From: an uncultured Gemmatimonadales bacterium
Lineage (GTDB): Bacteria; Gemmatimonadota; Gemmatimonadetes; Gemmatimonadales; GWC2-71-9
Reading direction: 5' to 3'
NCBI GenBank assembly: GCA_963828735.1
Contig: CAWHFW010000001.1
Location: forward strand, 64,001 to 128,000
Length of the DNA stretch: 64,000 nucleotides
Part shown: positions 49,712 through 58,460 of the stretch, one piece after another
Position numbering within the stretch: the stretch's first letter is position 1
Layout: each line of letters starts with the position of its first letter
Notes under the pieces: generated by a model
Told to the model about the DNA's origin: nothing
What the model saw: only the letters and a program-made list of their open reading frames with translations
The model's database searches: none
Position numbers and translations under genes: made by a program

Positions 49712-51207
49712 GAACAGGTCTCTCCCAGCATACCAGCATGCGCCAGGAGCTGCGGGTCAATCCGCGGCTCTACCAGGCCATGGACATGCTCTACATGCCC
49801 ATGATGGATCTGCAGCAGCACCTGAAGCAGGAGCTGCTGGCCAACCCGTTTCTGGAGCTGCTGGAGCCGGAAGACGAAGCCCCCGAGCAGAAGGACGCCG
49901 AGCAGGAGAAGGAGCAGAAGGAGAAGGAAGAGGAGATGGATTGGGAGGAGATCCTGCTCAACGGTTTCGAGGTGGGAGGGACGCGCGAGCAGTACGAGCA
50001 GCTCGAGTACACCGAGCCGGTCACCGTCGAGACCAAGGACCTGATCGACTACCTGCGTGAGCAGCTTCAGATGATGACCCTGACGCCGCGACAGCTGCTG
50101 CTCGCGGAGGAGTTCCTGGGCAACATCAACGAGGAAGGCTACCTCGCCGCGTCGCTCGAAGAGATCCTGGGCAGCGTCAACCAGCTCGTGGCGGGCCACG
50201 TCGCGACCGAGGCAGCCGAGGACGATGCCGAGGCCTCGGAGCCCGAGCCCGAGTCCGCGACGGGGCCGGATGCCTCCGCGGCCTACTACACGATGGCCGA
50301 GGCCGAGGAGATGCTGGCCGTCATCCAGCGGCTCGATCCCCCGGGCATCGGGGCGCGGGACCTGCGGGAGTGCCTGTTGATTCAGCTCGGCGAGCAGGCG
50401 GACACCGAGTCGCTCACCTACCGGCTGGTGCACGACGCGTTCCCGGACCTCATCGCCCACCGGTGGAACGATCTCGCCAAGCGGTTCGGCGTCGAGCCCG
50501 CGGCGGTCCAGTCGGCCGCGGACGAGCTGGCCCGCCTGGACCCCAAGCCCGGGCTCAAGCACGCGAGCCAGAGCGACGGCTACATCATCCCGGATCTCAT
50601 CGTCGAGAAGATCGGCGGCCGCTACCAGGTGTTCCTCAACGACACCGGCATGCCGCGGCTCCGGCTGAGCCGCTCGTATCAGGAGATCGCGCGCGACAAG
50701 AAGAAGATGACGCCGGAGAACCGCGAGTTCATCGCGTCCAAGATGAACAGCGCGAACTGGATGATTCAGGCGATCGAGCAGCGCCGCCAGACGATGCTGA
50801 AGGTCATGAACTTCATCGTGGACCGCCAGCGGGAGTTCTTCGAGAAAGGCATCGAGTTCCTCCGCCCGCTCACGCTGCGGGAGGTGGCGGAGGTGATCAA
50901 CATGCACGAATCCACGGTCAGCCGGGTGACCAACGAGAAGTACGTGCAGACGCCGCGGGGCGTGCTGCCCCTCAAGTTCTTCTTCTCGAGCGCGCTGGCC
51001 ACCGCTTCCGGCGAGGACGCGAGCGCGCGCTCCATCCGGGCCAAGCTGCAGAAGATGGTCGGCGAGGAGGACAGCGGGAAACCGCTCACGGATCAGCAGA
51101 TCGTGCACCTGTTCCAGGAACAGGGAATCCAGATCGCCCGGCGCACGGTCGCCAAGTACCGAGATCAGCTCGGGATCCTGCCGGCGCGGATGCGGAAGCG
51201 GGTATGA
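49708..51207 (+). CDS. rpoN: RNA polymerase sigma-54 factor
   Basis: NPFLE, GIGARDLRECL, LRPLTLREVA, HESTVSRVT and RpoN box ARRTVAKYR. Confidence 0.97.
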   Translation: MRTGLSQHTSMRQELRVNPRLYQAMDMLYMPMMDLQQHLKQELLANPFLELLEPEDEAPEQKDAEQEKEQKEKEEEMDWEEILLNGFEVGGTREQYEQLEYTEPVTVETKDLIDYLREQLQMMTLTPRQLLLAEEFLGNINEEGYLAASLEEILGSVNQLVAGHVATEAAEDDAEASEPEPESATGPDASAAYYTMAEAEEMLAVIQRLDPPGIGARDLRECLLIQLGEQADTESLTYRLVHDAFPDLIAHRWNDLAKRFGVEPAAVQSAADELARLDPKPGLKHASQSDGYIIPDLIVEKIGGRYQVFLNDTGMPRLRLSRSYQEIARDKKKMTPENREFIASKMNSANWMIQAIEQRRQTMLKVMNFIVDRQREFFEKGIEFLRPLTLREVAEVINMHESTVSRVTNEKYVQTPRGVLPLKFFFSSALATASGEDASARSIRAKLQKMVGEEDSGKPLTDQQIVHLFQEQGIQIARRTVAKYRDQLGILPARMRKRV

Positions 51208-52160
51208 CCCTTTCCGCCGCCGAGACGGTGGACGTCAGCGTCCTCGTTCCGGCGAAGGACGAGGCGGCCAACCTTCCGGAGTTCCTCCGGCTCTGCGCGG
51301 AGGCGTTGGGCCCGGCCGGCTTCTCGTTCGAGGTCGTCGTCGTGAACGACGGGTCGCGCGACGACAGCGCCAAGGTGCTGCGGGACCTCGAGCGCGCGCA
51401 CCCGTTTCTCCGTGTGGTCACCCATCGCCGGCAGCGCGGCATCGCCGACGCGCTCCGGTCCGCCGGCGACGTCGCCCGCGGCGACGTCTACGTCTTCTAC
51501 CCCGCCGACCTGCAATACCTTCCCGAGGACATCCCGCGGCTCGTGGCGCCGATCCTGACGGGTCGGGCCGACATCGTCACCGGCACCAAGCAGGGGAAGT
51601 ACGAGAAGGCGTTCGTCAGCTCGGTCTACAACACTCTCTGCCGCTGGCTGTTCGGCATTCGCGTGACCGACCTCAATTCCGTGAAGGCGTACCGCCGCGA
51701 GGTCATGGACGGCATCTCCCTCCGCCCCGACTGGCACCGGTACATGGTCGTGATCGCGGCGGCGGACGGGTTCCGGCTCGACTCGCTCCCGGTTCCGCTC
51801 TACGCGCGACGCGCCGGCGAGTCGAAGTTCACCTGGCGCCGCATTCCGGTCGGCATCTTCGACCTGCTGAGCGTCTGGTTTCAGCTTCGCTTCGGTCGAA
51901 AGCCGATGCTGTTCTTCGGGATCGCGGGCGCCACGCTGTTCGTGATCGGCCTGATCGCCGGCATCGTCGCCCTGGTCCTCCGGTTCGGCTACGGCTTCGG
52001 CTTCCGGCCGCTGCTCAACCTGGTCGAGACGATGGTCATCTGCGGTATCGTCTTGTTCGGGTTCGGCCTGCTCGGTGAGATGGTCGCAAGTCTGCAGGAA
52101 GAGACGCGGGCGGTCGCTCGCGCGCTCGATCGACTGGACAAGCCCGATTTGCGGGACTGA
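51204..52160 (+). CDS. GT2 glycosyltransferase, ArnC/GtrB-like with two C-terminal TM helices
   Basis: SVLVPAKDE, NDGSRD, DLNSVKAYRREV, HRY and R.AGESK motifs plus a hydrophobic C-terminus. Confidence 0.88.
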   Translation: MTLSAAETVDVSVLVPAKDEAANLPEFLRLCAEALGPAGFSFEVVVVNDGSRDDSAKVLRDLERAHPFLRVVTHRRQRGIADALRSAGDVARGDVYVFYPADLQYLPEDIPRLVAPILTGRADIVTGTKQGKYEKAFVSSVYNTLCRWLFGIRVTDLNSVKAYRREVMDGISLRPDWHRYMVVIAAADGFRLDSLPVPLYARRAGESKFTWRRIPVGIFDLLSVWFQLRFGRKPMLFFGIAGATLFVIGLIAGIVALVLRFGYGFGFRPLLNLVETMVICGIVLFGFGLLGEMVASLQEETRAVARALDRLDKPDLRD

Positions 52161-52163
52161 CGC

Positions 52164-53306
52164 GTGCGGGTCGTATTCCTGACCCACAACTATCCCCGGT
52201 GGCCCGGGGATCTTTCCGGTGCCTTCCTCGCCACGCTCGCCACGGCGCTCGCGCGCCGCGGCGTGGAAGTGCGGGTCCTCGCTCCGAGCGACGAAGGGCA
52301 GGGGGGCGAGGAGGAGCGCGACGGCGTGTACGTGCGTCGGGTCCGCTACGCGTCCCGCCGCCTCGAGACCCTCGCCTACCGTGGGACGATGGCCGGCGCC
52401 CTCCGGGCGCCGGGCGGATGGCGAGCGCTGGCCGGTCTCTGGCGGGCGCTTCGCCGGGCGGCGAAGGACGAGATGGCCGGTGGCGCCGATCTGGTCCATG
52501 CGCACTGGTGGATTCCCGCGGGGCTGGCGGCACCCACGAACGCGCCGCTGGTGGTCACCGTCCACGGAACCGACGCGGCGCTCCTTCGCGGGTCCCGCCT
52601 GGCGCGCCGCCTCGCTCGGCCCGTGTTCCATCGCGCGCGCGTCGTGACGGCGGTGTCTCGTGAGCTCGCGGGCTGGGTCCAGACGGCGACGGGTCGGCAC
52701 ATCCCGCCAGCGCACGTCCATCCGATGCCGGTGGACAGCAGGTCCTGGCCCTGGACGGCCGGGGGCGGCGGCTCGGTCGTCGTTGCGCGGCTCACCCCCC
52801 AGAAGCGCATCAACCTGGCGATCGAGACGACGGCCTTCCTCGCGTCGTGCGGGCACGACCTGCCGCTCACGATCGTCGGCGACGGGCCCGAGCGCGAGCG
52901 CCTCGAGCGTCAGGTCGAGCGGCTCGGCATCACCGCGTTCGTGCGCTTCGTCGGCGCCGTGCCGCCGTCCGAGGTGACGGGTCATCTCGCCCGCGCCGAT
53001 CTCATGCTCTTTCCCGCCCAAGGGGAAGGCTTCGGCCTGGCCGCGGCGGAAGCGCTGATGGTCGGCGTGCCGGTCGTCGCGTGCTGGGACGGCGGCGGAC
53101 TGCTCGATGTCGTGCCGGAAACGGGCGCCGGCCGGCTGACGCTGCCGTCGGCCGAGGCGCTGAGCGACGCGACCCTGGACCTGCTGCAGGACGGCGATCG
53201 CCTGGCGCTCGCCAGGCTCGTGGGCGAGTCATGGCGGGCAAAGCTGTCGCCGGAACACGTCGCGCAGCTGTGCGAGGGGTGGTATCGCGAGGCCCTCGGT
53301 GCATAG
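52164..53306 (+). CDS. GT4 family glycosyltransferase
   Basis: [31 protein letters not shown] and EGFGLAAAEA (EX7E) motifs. Confidence 0.88.
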   Translation: MRVVFLTHNYPRWPGDLSGAFLATLATALARRGVEVRVLAPSDEGQGGEEERDGVYVRRVRYASRRLETLAYRGTMAGALRAPGGWRALAGLWRALRRAAKDEMAGGADLVHAHWWIPAGLAAPTNAPLVVTVHGTDAALLRGSRLARRLARPVFHRARVVTAVSRELAGWVQTATGRHIPPAHVHPMPVDSRSWPWTAGGGGSVVVARLTPQKRINLAIETTAFLASCGHDLPLTIVGDGPERERLERQVERLGITAFVRFVGAVPPSEVTGHLARADLMLFPAQGEGFGLAAAEALMVGVPVVACWDGGGLLDVVPETGAGRLTLPSAEALSDATLDLLQDGDRLALARLVGESWRAKLSPEHVAQLCEGWYREALGA

Positions 53307-54234
53307 TTCAAGGGTCGGATGGCTGCGGGCGGCGCAGTGGGTGGCGGGCATCGGGATCATCGTCTTCGCCGCGCGCAGCCTGGCGCGCAATTGGGAGGCG
53401 CTGCGTTCGCAACCCCTCGACGTTCAGGTCGCGCCAGGGTGGCTGCTGCTGAGTGCGGTCGGGGTGTGGGCGATGTACGGGATCCTCGTCGTCGCCTGGC
53501 GCACGATGCTCGTCGGGTGGGGCCAGGACCTCGACGGGTGGAGCGCCGCCAGGATCTGGACGGTGTCGAGCCTGGGAAAGTACCTGCCGGGCAAGGTGTG
53601 GGCCGTCGCGGGTATGGCGCTGATGGCGCAGCGGGTCGGCGTCGCACCGTGGGCCGCGACCGGCTCCGCCGTGGTGCTGCAGGTGCTGGCCATCGGTACC
53701 GGTGCGGCCGTGGTAGGACTCACCGGCCGGCGCGCCATCGAGGCGGCACATCCCGGGTCGCAGCTCGCGCTCGTGCTGTTGGGGGTCGGCGCCGCCGCCG
53801 GCGTCGCGCTGCTGCTCTGGCCGCCAGTGCTTCGTCGGCTCCTGCATCTCGCCGCGCCCGATGCCGAGACCCGGGGGGCGCCGCCCGCCGGCGGGATCGT
53901 ATTCGGGATCGTCGCCAATGCGGTCGCGTGGGTTGGCTATGGGCTCGCGCTGTGGTGCCTGGCCCGCGGGCTGCTGCCGGGCGCAGGCCTCCGGCCGACC
54001 CTGGCGATCGCGGTCTTCACGGCGTCGTACCTCGCGGGTTTTCTCGCGCTGTTCGCGCCAGGGGGCCTCGGGGTCCGAGAGGGTCTGTTCATCCTGATGT
54101 TGCAGGGTCCGCTCGGCATCGGCGCGGCGACCACGCTGGCGCTGGCCTCCCGCGTCCTGCTCACCGTAACCGAGTTCGGCGCCGCGGTGCCATTTCTTGT
54201 CTTGCCGCAGGGGAGAGCGCGTGTCGCACCCTGA
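53299..54234 (+). CDS. Lysylphosphatidylglycerol-synthase TM-domain / flippase-like protein
   Basis: LGKYLPGKVW and APGGLGVREG motifs, multi-TM. Confidence 0.8.
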   Translation: MHSSRVGWLRAAQWVAGIGIIVFAARSLARNWEALRSQPLDVQVAPGWLLLSAVGVWAMYGILVVAWRTMLVGWGQDLDGWSAARIWTVSSLGKYLPGKVWAVAGMALMAQRVGVAPWAATGSAVVLQVLAIGTGAAVVGLTGRRAIEAAHPGSQLALVLLGVGAAAGVALLLWPPVLRRLLHLAAPDAETRGAPPAGGIVFGIVANAVAWVGYGLALWCLARGLLPGAGLRPTLAIAVFTASYLAGFLALFAPGGLGVREGLFILMLQGPLGIGAATTLALASRVLLTVTEFGAAVPFLVLPQGRARVAP

Positions 54235-56569
54235 GTCCGAACCCGCCGCCGCGTTCGAGCCCCGCCGACCAGCGGTGCTGGCGGCGGCCGTGTTCCTGGC
54301 GGCCGCGCTCACCCTGTGCTGGCCGATGCTCGCCGGTCGCTGGCTGCTGGGCGACGACCAGTATGTCGCCGGCTACGGCTTTCGTCTGTTCGGCGCCGAG
54401 ATGTTCCGCGCGACGGGGCATATTCCGGAGTGGAACCCGTATCTCTTCGGCGGCCTGCCGTTCATCGCGGCGCAGCACGGCGACATCTTCTATCCGACTG
54501 CGTGGCTCCGGTGGGTGCTGCCGGTGGACTGCGCCATGAACCTCGGGTTCTTCGCGCACATCGTCCTCGCGGGGGCGTGCATGTACGCCTTCGTCCGGGC
54601 CCTGGGCGCGAGCTGGACCGCCGCGGTGATCGGTGGCCTCGCGTACGAGCTCACGGGCATCGTGGCGTCGCTCGTCCGGCCCGGGCACGACGGCAAGCTG
54701 TACGTCTCAGCGCTGGCCCCGCTCGCCTTGCTCGCCCTCCTGCGTGCGATCCGGCATCGCCGCGTGTCGGGGTATGGGCTCCTCGCGCTGGTCATCGGAC
54801 TCTGCATGCTGAGCCCGCACTACCAGATGACCTACTATCTCCTCGTCGCGAGCGCGCTCTGGACCATCTACCTGGCTCTCCTCGACCCCGAGCGGCCCGC
54901 GGGGCTCCGCTGGCCCAGGGAGTTCGCGCTGGCATTCGGCGCCGTCCTGCTCGGCCTCGGAATCGCGGCGATCCAGATCCTGCCCTTTCTCGCCTACCTG
55001 CCGTATTCGCCGAGAGGTGCGGGCGGCCCGAGCACGGGGTGGGACTACGCCACGCTGTTCTCGATGCCGCCCGAGGAGATCGTCACCACCGTACTGCCGC
55101 AGTTCAACGGCGTGCTGGATCACTATTGGGGCCGCAACGTCTTCAAGCTCCATACCGAGTATCTGGGCCCGATCGTCCTCGTGCTCGCGGTGCTCGGTGT
55201 GGGCGATCGCGGCCGCCGGCGGACGGTCCAGGCGCTGGGCGTCATCGGCCTGCTCTTCCTCCTGGTGGCCTTCGGCGGTCACACGCCGTTCTACTACCTG
55301 TGGTACGAAGTCATGCCCATGATGAAGAAGGTCCGCGCGCCGGGCATGGCCTTCTTCCTCGTGGCGCTGCCGGTGGCGGTGTTCGCCGCCTTCGGCACCG
55401 ACCGCCTGCTGCGGCGTGAGGTCTCGTTCCGGGCGCTCGCCACCGCGCTCGGCGTGCTCGCCGGCGTCGCGCTGCTCGGAGTCGTCGGGGTGCTGCAGGC
55501 GGTGGCCACCGTGCTCGCCGGACCCGAGCAGGCTTCGCGGGTGATCGCGAACGCGTCGGCGCTGCAGCTCGGTGCGCTTCGGCTCCTCCTCGTGGTCTTG
55601 ATCGGTGGCGGCGTGCTCTGGGCGGTCTGGCGGGGTCGGATCATCGGCGCCGCCGCCACGGCGGCCCTCGCCGTGGTCGTCATCGGCGATCTGTGGAGCA
55701 TCGATCGGCTGTTCTTCGAGTTCCGCGATCCCGCGGCCGTGACCTTCCGGGACGACGCGGTGACCAGCAGGCTCCGAGCGGAACCCAAGCCGTTTCGCGT
55801 GCTCGATGTCGGCGTGTATCAGGGGTCGTACCTGATGGCGCACGACATCCAGTCCATGCTCGGCTACCACGGGCAGGAGCTGCGATTCTACGACGAGCTG
55901 CTGGGCGGGAAGGGCCAGTGGCGCTATGCCGGGAGCCCGAGCCTCCTCGACCTGCTGGGCGTCCGCTTCCTGCTGTTGCCCGAGAGCCAGCCCGTTCCGG
56001 GATTCCACCAGGTGTTGGGTCCTGTCGAGACGACGCCGGGGCCGCAGGCGGTGCTCTTCGAGCGTGACACCATTCCGGCCTACGCACGGGTTGTGGCCGG
56101 CGCCGCCAAGCTCGCCGAAGATCAGATCCCGCCGACGGTGATCGACCCGCGATTCCCCTACGGGCGCCTCGCGCTCTACGGCGATACCGCGAGCGTGACG
56201 CCGGAGAAGATCCGGCCCGGCCAGATTCCGGACGCGCCGCCGATCGCCGCGGCGGTGTCCGACTGGGCGCCGGGGCGCATGCGCGTGACTCTGTCGGGAT
56301 CGGCCTCGACACCGACGTACTTGCTCGTCGGGGAGAACTGGTACCCCGACTGGCATGCGACGGTGGATGGCAAACCGGCGCCGGTGCTCCGGGGCGACTA
56401 TACGATGCTGAGCGTGGCGCTTCCGCCGGGGGCACGCGAGGTCCGGCTCTGGTTCGCTTCCGCGACCTATCCACGAGGCAAGATGGTCACCGCCGTGGCC
56501 CTGCTCGCGACGCTCGCGTTGTTGGCCACGCCACTCTGGACCCGCCGGCGGAGCTCGGCGAATGCCTGA
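54221..56569 (+). CDS. YfhO-like GT-C membrane glycosyltransferase
   Basis: GDD near the N-terminus, PEWNPYLFGGLPF, FYP, HYQ, YLG, R.P, and C-terminal ENWYPDWHATVDGKPAPVLRGD..MLSVALPPG motifs. Confidence 0.8.
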   Translation: MSHPESEPAAAFEPRRPAVLAAAVFLAAALTLCWPMLAGRWLLGDDQYVAGYGFRLFGAEMFRATGHIPEWNPYLFGGLPFIAAQHGDIFYPTAWLRWVLPVDCAMNLGFFAHIVLAGACMYAFVRALGASWTAAVIGGLAYELTGIVASLVRPGHDGKLYVSALAPLALLALLRAIRHRRVSGYGLLALVIGLCMLSPHYQMTYYLLVASALWTIYLALLDPERPAGLRWPREFALAFGAVLLGLGIAAIQILPFLAYLPYSPRGAGGPSTGWDYATLFSMPPEEIVTTVLPQFNGVLDHYWGRNVFKLHTEYLGPIVLVLAVLGVGDRGRRRTVQALGVIGLLFLLVAFGGHTPFYYLWYEVMPMMKKVRAPGMAFFLVALPVAVFAAFGTDRLLRREVSFRALATALGVLAGVALLGVVGVLQAVATVLAGPEQASRVIANASALQLGALRLLLVVLIGGGVLWAVWRGRIIGAAATAALAVVVIGDLWSIDRLFFEFRDPAAVTFRDDAVTSRLRAEPKPFRVLDVGVYQGSYLMAHDIQSMLGYHGQELRFYDELLGGKGQWRYAGSPSLLDLLGVRFLLLPESQPVPGFHQVLGPVETTPGPQAVLFERDTIPAYARVVAGAAKLAEDQIPPTVIDPRFPYGRLALYGDTASVTPEKIRPGQIPDAPPIAAAVSDWAPGRMRVTLSGSASTPTYLLVGENWYPDWHATVDGKPAPVLRGDYTMLSVALPPGAREVRLWFASATYPRGKMVTAVALLATLALLATPLWTRRRSSANA

Positions 56570-57281
56570 GCGCGCCCTCGTGGTGATCCCGACGTACAAC
56601 GAGCGGGTGAACCTGCCGCTCATCGTGCCCCAGATCCTGCAGCAGGACCGGCGGCTCGAGGTGCTGGTGGTCGACGACAATTCGCCCGACGGCACCGGGC
56701 AGCTCGCCAACGAGCTGGCCGCGGCGGACCCGCGCATTCACGTGCTCCACCGGCCAGGGAAGGCCGGCCTGGGGAAGGCGTACCTGGCGGGATTCCGTTG
56801 GGCCCTGGACCGGGGCTACGATCTCATCTTCGAGATGGACGCCGACTTCAGCCATGATCCCAAGTTCCTGCCGGAGTTCCTGCGGGCCATCGAGCACGCC
56901 GATCTCGTCATCGGCTCGCGCTATCATGCCGGCGTGAACGTCATCAACTGGCCGATCGGACGCCTGCTGCTCTCGGTGGGAGCCAACGAGTACGCCCGCC
57001 GCATCACCGGACTCCCGCTCACTGACTCGACCGGCGGCTTCAAGTGCTTTCGGCGACGAGTGCTCGAGGCCGTCGACCTCGACCGCGTGCGGTCGAACGG
57101 ATATTCCTTTCAGATCGAAATGAGCTTTCGAACCTGGAAGAAGGGGTTCCGCCTGCTCGAGATCCCGATCGTGTTCACGGATCGTGTGGAAGGCCAGAGC
57201 AAGATGAACAAGCGCATCGTGCGCGAGGCCATCTGGATGGTCTGGTGGCTCCGGCTTCAGGCGTTGACGAGGCGCCTGTGA
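56562..57281 (+). CDS. Polyprenol monophosphomannose synthase-like GT2 (Ppm1/DPM1-like)
   Basis: VIPTYNE, VDDNSPDGT, GLGKAY, MDADFSHDP, GSRY, DSTGGFK, GYSFQIE and GQSKM motifs. Confidence 0.9.
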   Translation: MPERALVVIPTYNERVNLPLIVPQILQQDRRLEVLVVDDNSPDGTGQLANELAAADPRIHVLHRPGKAGLGKAYLAGFRWALDRGYDLIFEMDADFSHDPKFLPEFLRAIEHADLVIGSRYHAGVNVINWPIGRLLLSVGANEYARRITGLPLTDSTGGFKCFRRRVLEAVDLDRVRSNGYSFQIEMSFRTWKKGFRLLEIPIVFTDRVEGQSKMNKRIVREAIWMVWWLRLQALTRRL

Positions 57282-58102
57282 GGGGCACGATCGTCTACAA
57301 GATGACCGGGTCGGGGAACGACTTCGTTCTCCTCGATGGCCGCTCGACCGATCCCGAGGAATGGACGCCCGCGCGCGTGGTTCAGCTCTGCGACCGGCGA
57401 CTCGGGGTCGGCGCCGACGGGCTCGTCCTGCTCGCGCCCGAGACCCCGGGCTCGGTCCGGATGGCCTTCTGGAATTCTGACGGGTCCCGGGCCGCCATGT
57501 GCGGGAACGCGGCGCTCTGCAGCTCGCGGCTCGCCGTGCACCTGGAGCTGGTGGATCCGGGCGAGCTATGCCTGCTGACGGACGCGGGGGTGATTCGCGC
57601 CCGTTGCATGCCGGACAGCGACCGGGCCGAGATCCAGCTGCCGGACTTCGAGCTTTCGGCTTCAGCGCCGGCGTTCGATCCCGTGGCGGGCGAGCGATGG
57701 ATGGCCTTCGCCACCGTCGGCGTGCCGCACCTCGTCATTGGTGTGGACGACATCGAGGGGATCGACCTCGTGGGCCGCGGCCGAAGCCTCCGCTACGACC
57801 GTCGGCTCGGCCCCGCCGGGGCCAACGTCAACTTCGTCGCCGAGCCCCATCGGGTCGGCGAGCCGTGGCTCATCCGAACGTACGAGCGTGGCGTGGAGGG
57901 CGAGACCTTGGCGTGCGGCACGGGAACGGTGGCTTCGGGAGTGGCGCTGGCGGCGCGTGGGGAGAGCGCGCTTCCTGTCCGGTTCACCAGCCGCGGCGGC
58001 GAGGAGCTCCAGGTCCGGGCGGACCTAAGCGGCCGGAGCGCTTCAGACGTCTGGCTTGGGGGGCAGGGAAAGCTGGTATTTCGGGCGGTGTGGGAGGGCT
58101 GA
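57278..58102 (+). CDS. dapF: Diaminopimelate epimerase
   Basis: KMTGSGNDF, GVGADG, NSDGS..MCGN, GVPH, NVNF and RTYERGVEGETLACGTG motifs. Confidence 0.95.
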   Translation: MRGTIVYKMTGSGNDFVLLDGRSTDPEEWTPARVVQLCDRRLGVGADGLVLLAPETPGSVRMAFWNSDGSRAAMCGNAALCSSRLAVHLELVDPGELCLLTDAGVIRARCMPDSDRAEIQLPDFELSASAPAFDPVAGERWMAFATVGVPHLVIGVDDIEGIDLVGRGRSLRYDRRLGPAGANVNFVAEPHRVGEPWLIRTYERGVEGETLACGTGTVASGVALAARGESALPVRFTSRGGEELQVRADLSGRSASDVWLGGQGKLVFRAVWEG

Positions 58103-58222
58103 TCAGGATGCTGGGTAGCACCACCGTATCTCTTGTAAGTCAAACGCCAACATTGAATTAACAGCCTCATGATGCTGAGGCCTAGCTTGGCTTCGGACCG
58201 GGCCAGCGGAGAAGGAGGCCAT

Positions 58223-58251
58223 CAGTCCACACTTCTCCACAGTTATCCTCA
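58223..58251 (+). repeat. Three DnaA-box-like 9-mers at exact 10-bp period
   Basis: CAGTCCACA 58223-31, TTCTCCACA 58233-41 and TTATCCTCA 58243-51, versus consensus TTATCCACA. Confidence 0.5.
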
Positions 58252-58256
58252 CTGCG

Positions 58257-58284
58257 ACTTAACATAACATATCTTATACGTCGT
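58257..58284 (-). other. dif: dif site (XerCD chromosome dimer resolution site)
   Basis: The minus strand reads ACGACGTATAA-GATATG-TTATGTTAAGT, the 11-6-11 layout of E. coli dif GGTGCGCATAA-TGTATA-TTATGTTAAAT with the XerD arm 10/11 identical. It lies where gene orientation flips from + to -. Confidence 0.88.
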
Positions 58285-58399
58285 TACTTGTAACCGAGGC
58301 TCGTGGGGTGGCTGGGCCGTGACTCTTGGATCTGACCTTTGTCCTGCCGTCCTCATGACCTCCTGGGGCACGGATGCGGCCGTGATGAGCCCCCAAACG

Positions 58400-58435
58400 A
58401 AAGCGCCGACCGGAATGACCCTGGTCGGCGCTTTT
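58400..58435. terminator. Bidirectional intrinsic terminator
   Basis: AAAGCGCCGACC (58400-11) pairs with GGTCGGCGCTTT (58423-34). Located between convergent dapF and DUF4412 genes. Confidence 0.75.
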
Positions 58436-58460
58436 CCGTGCGTGCCTGCCCGCTGACCCC

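Noticed and set aside
49885..49940. GAG/AAG/CAG-rich quasi-repeat
   Set aside because: It encodes the acidic low-complexity region II of RpoN.
58102..58340. AT-rich gap with DnaA-like boxes interpreted as oriC
   Set aside because: Genes converge rather than diverge here, a dif site is present, and only three imperfect boxes occur. Kept as a dif-associated finding instead.
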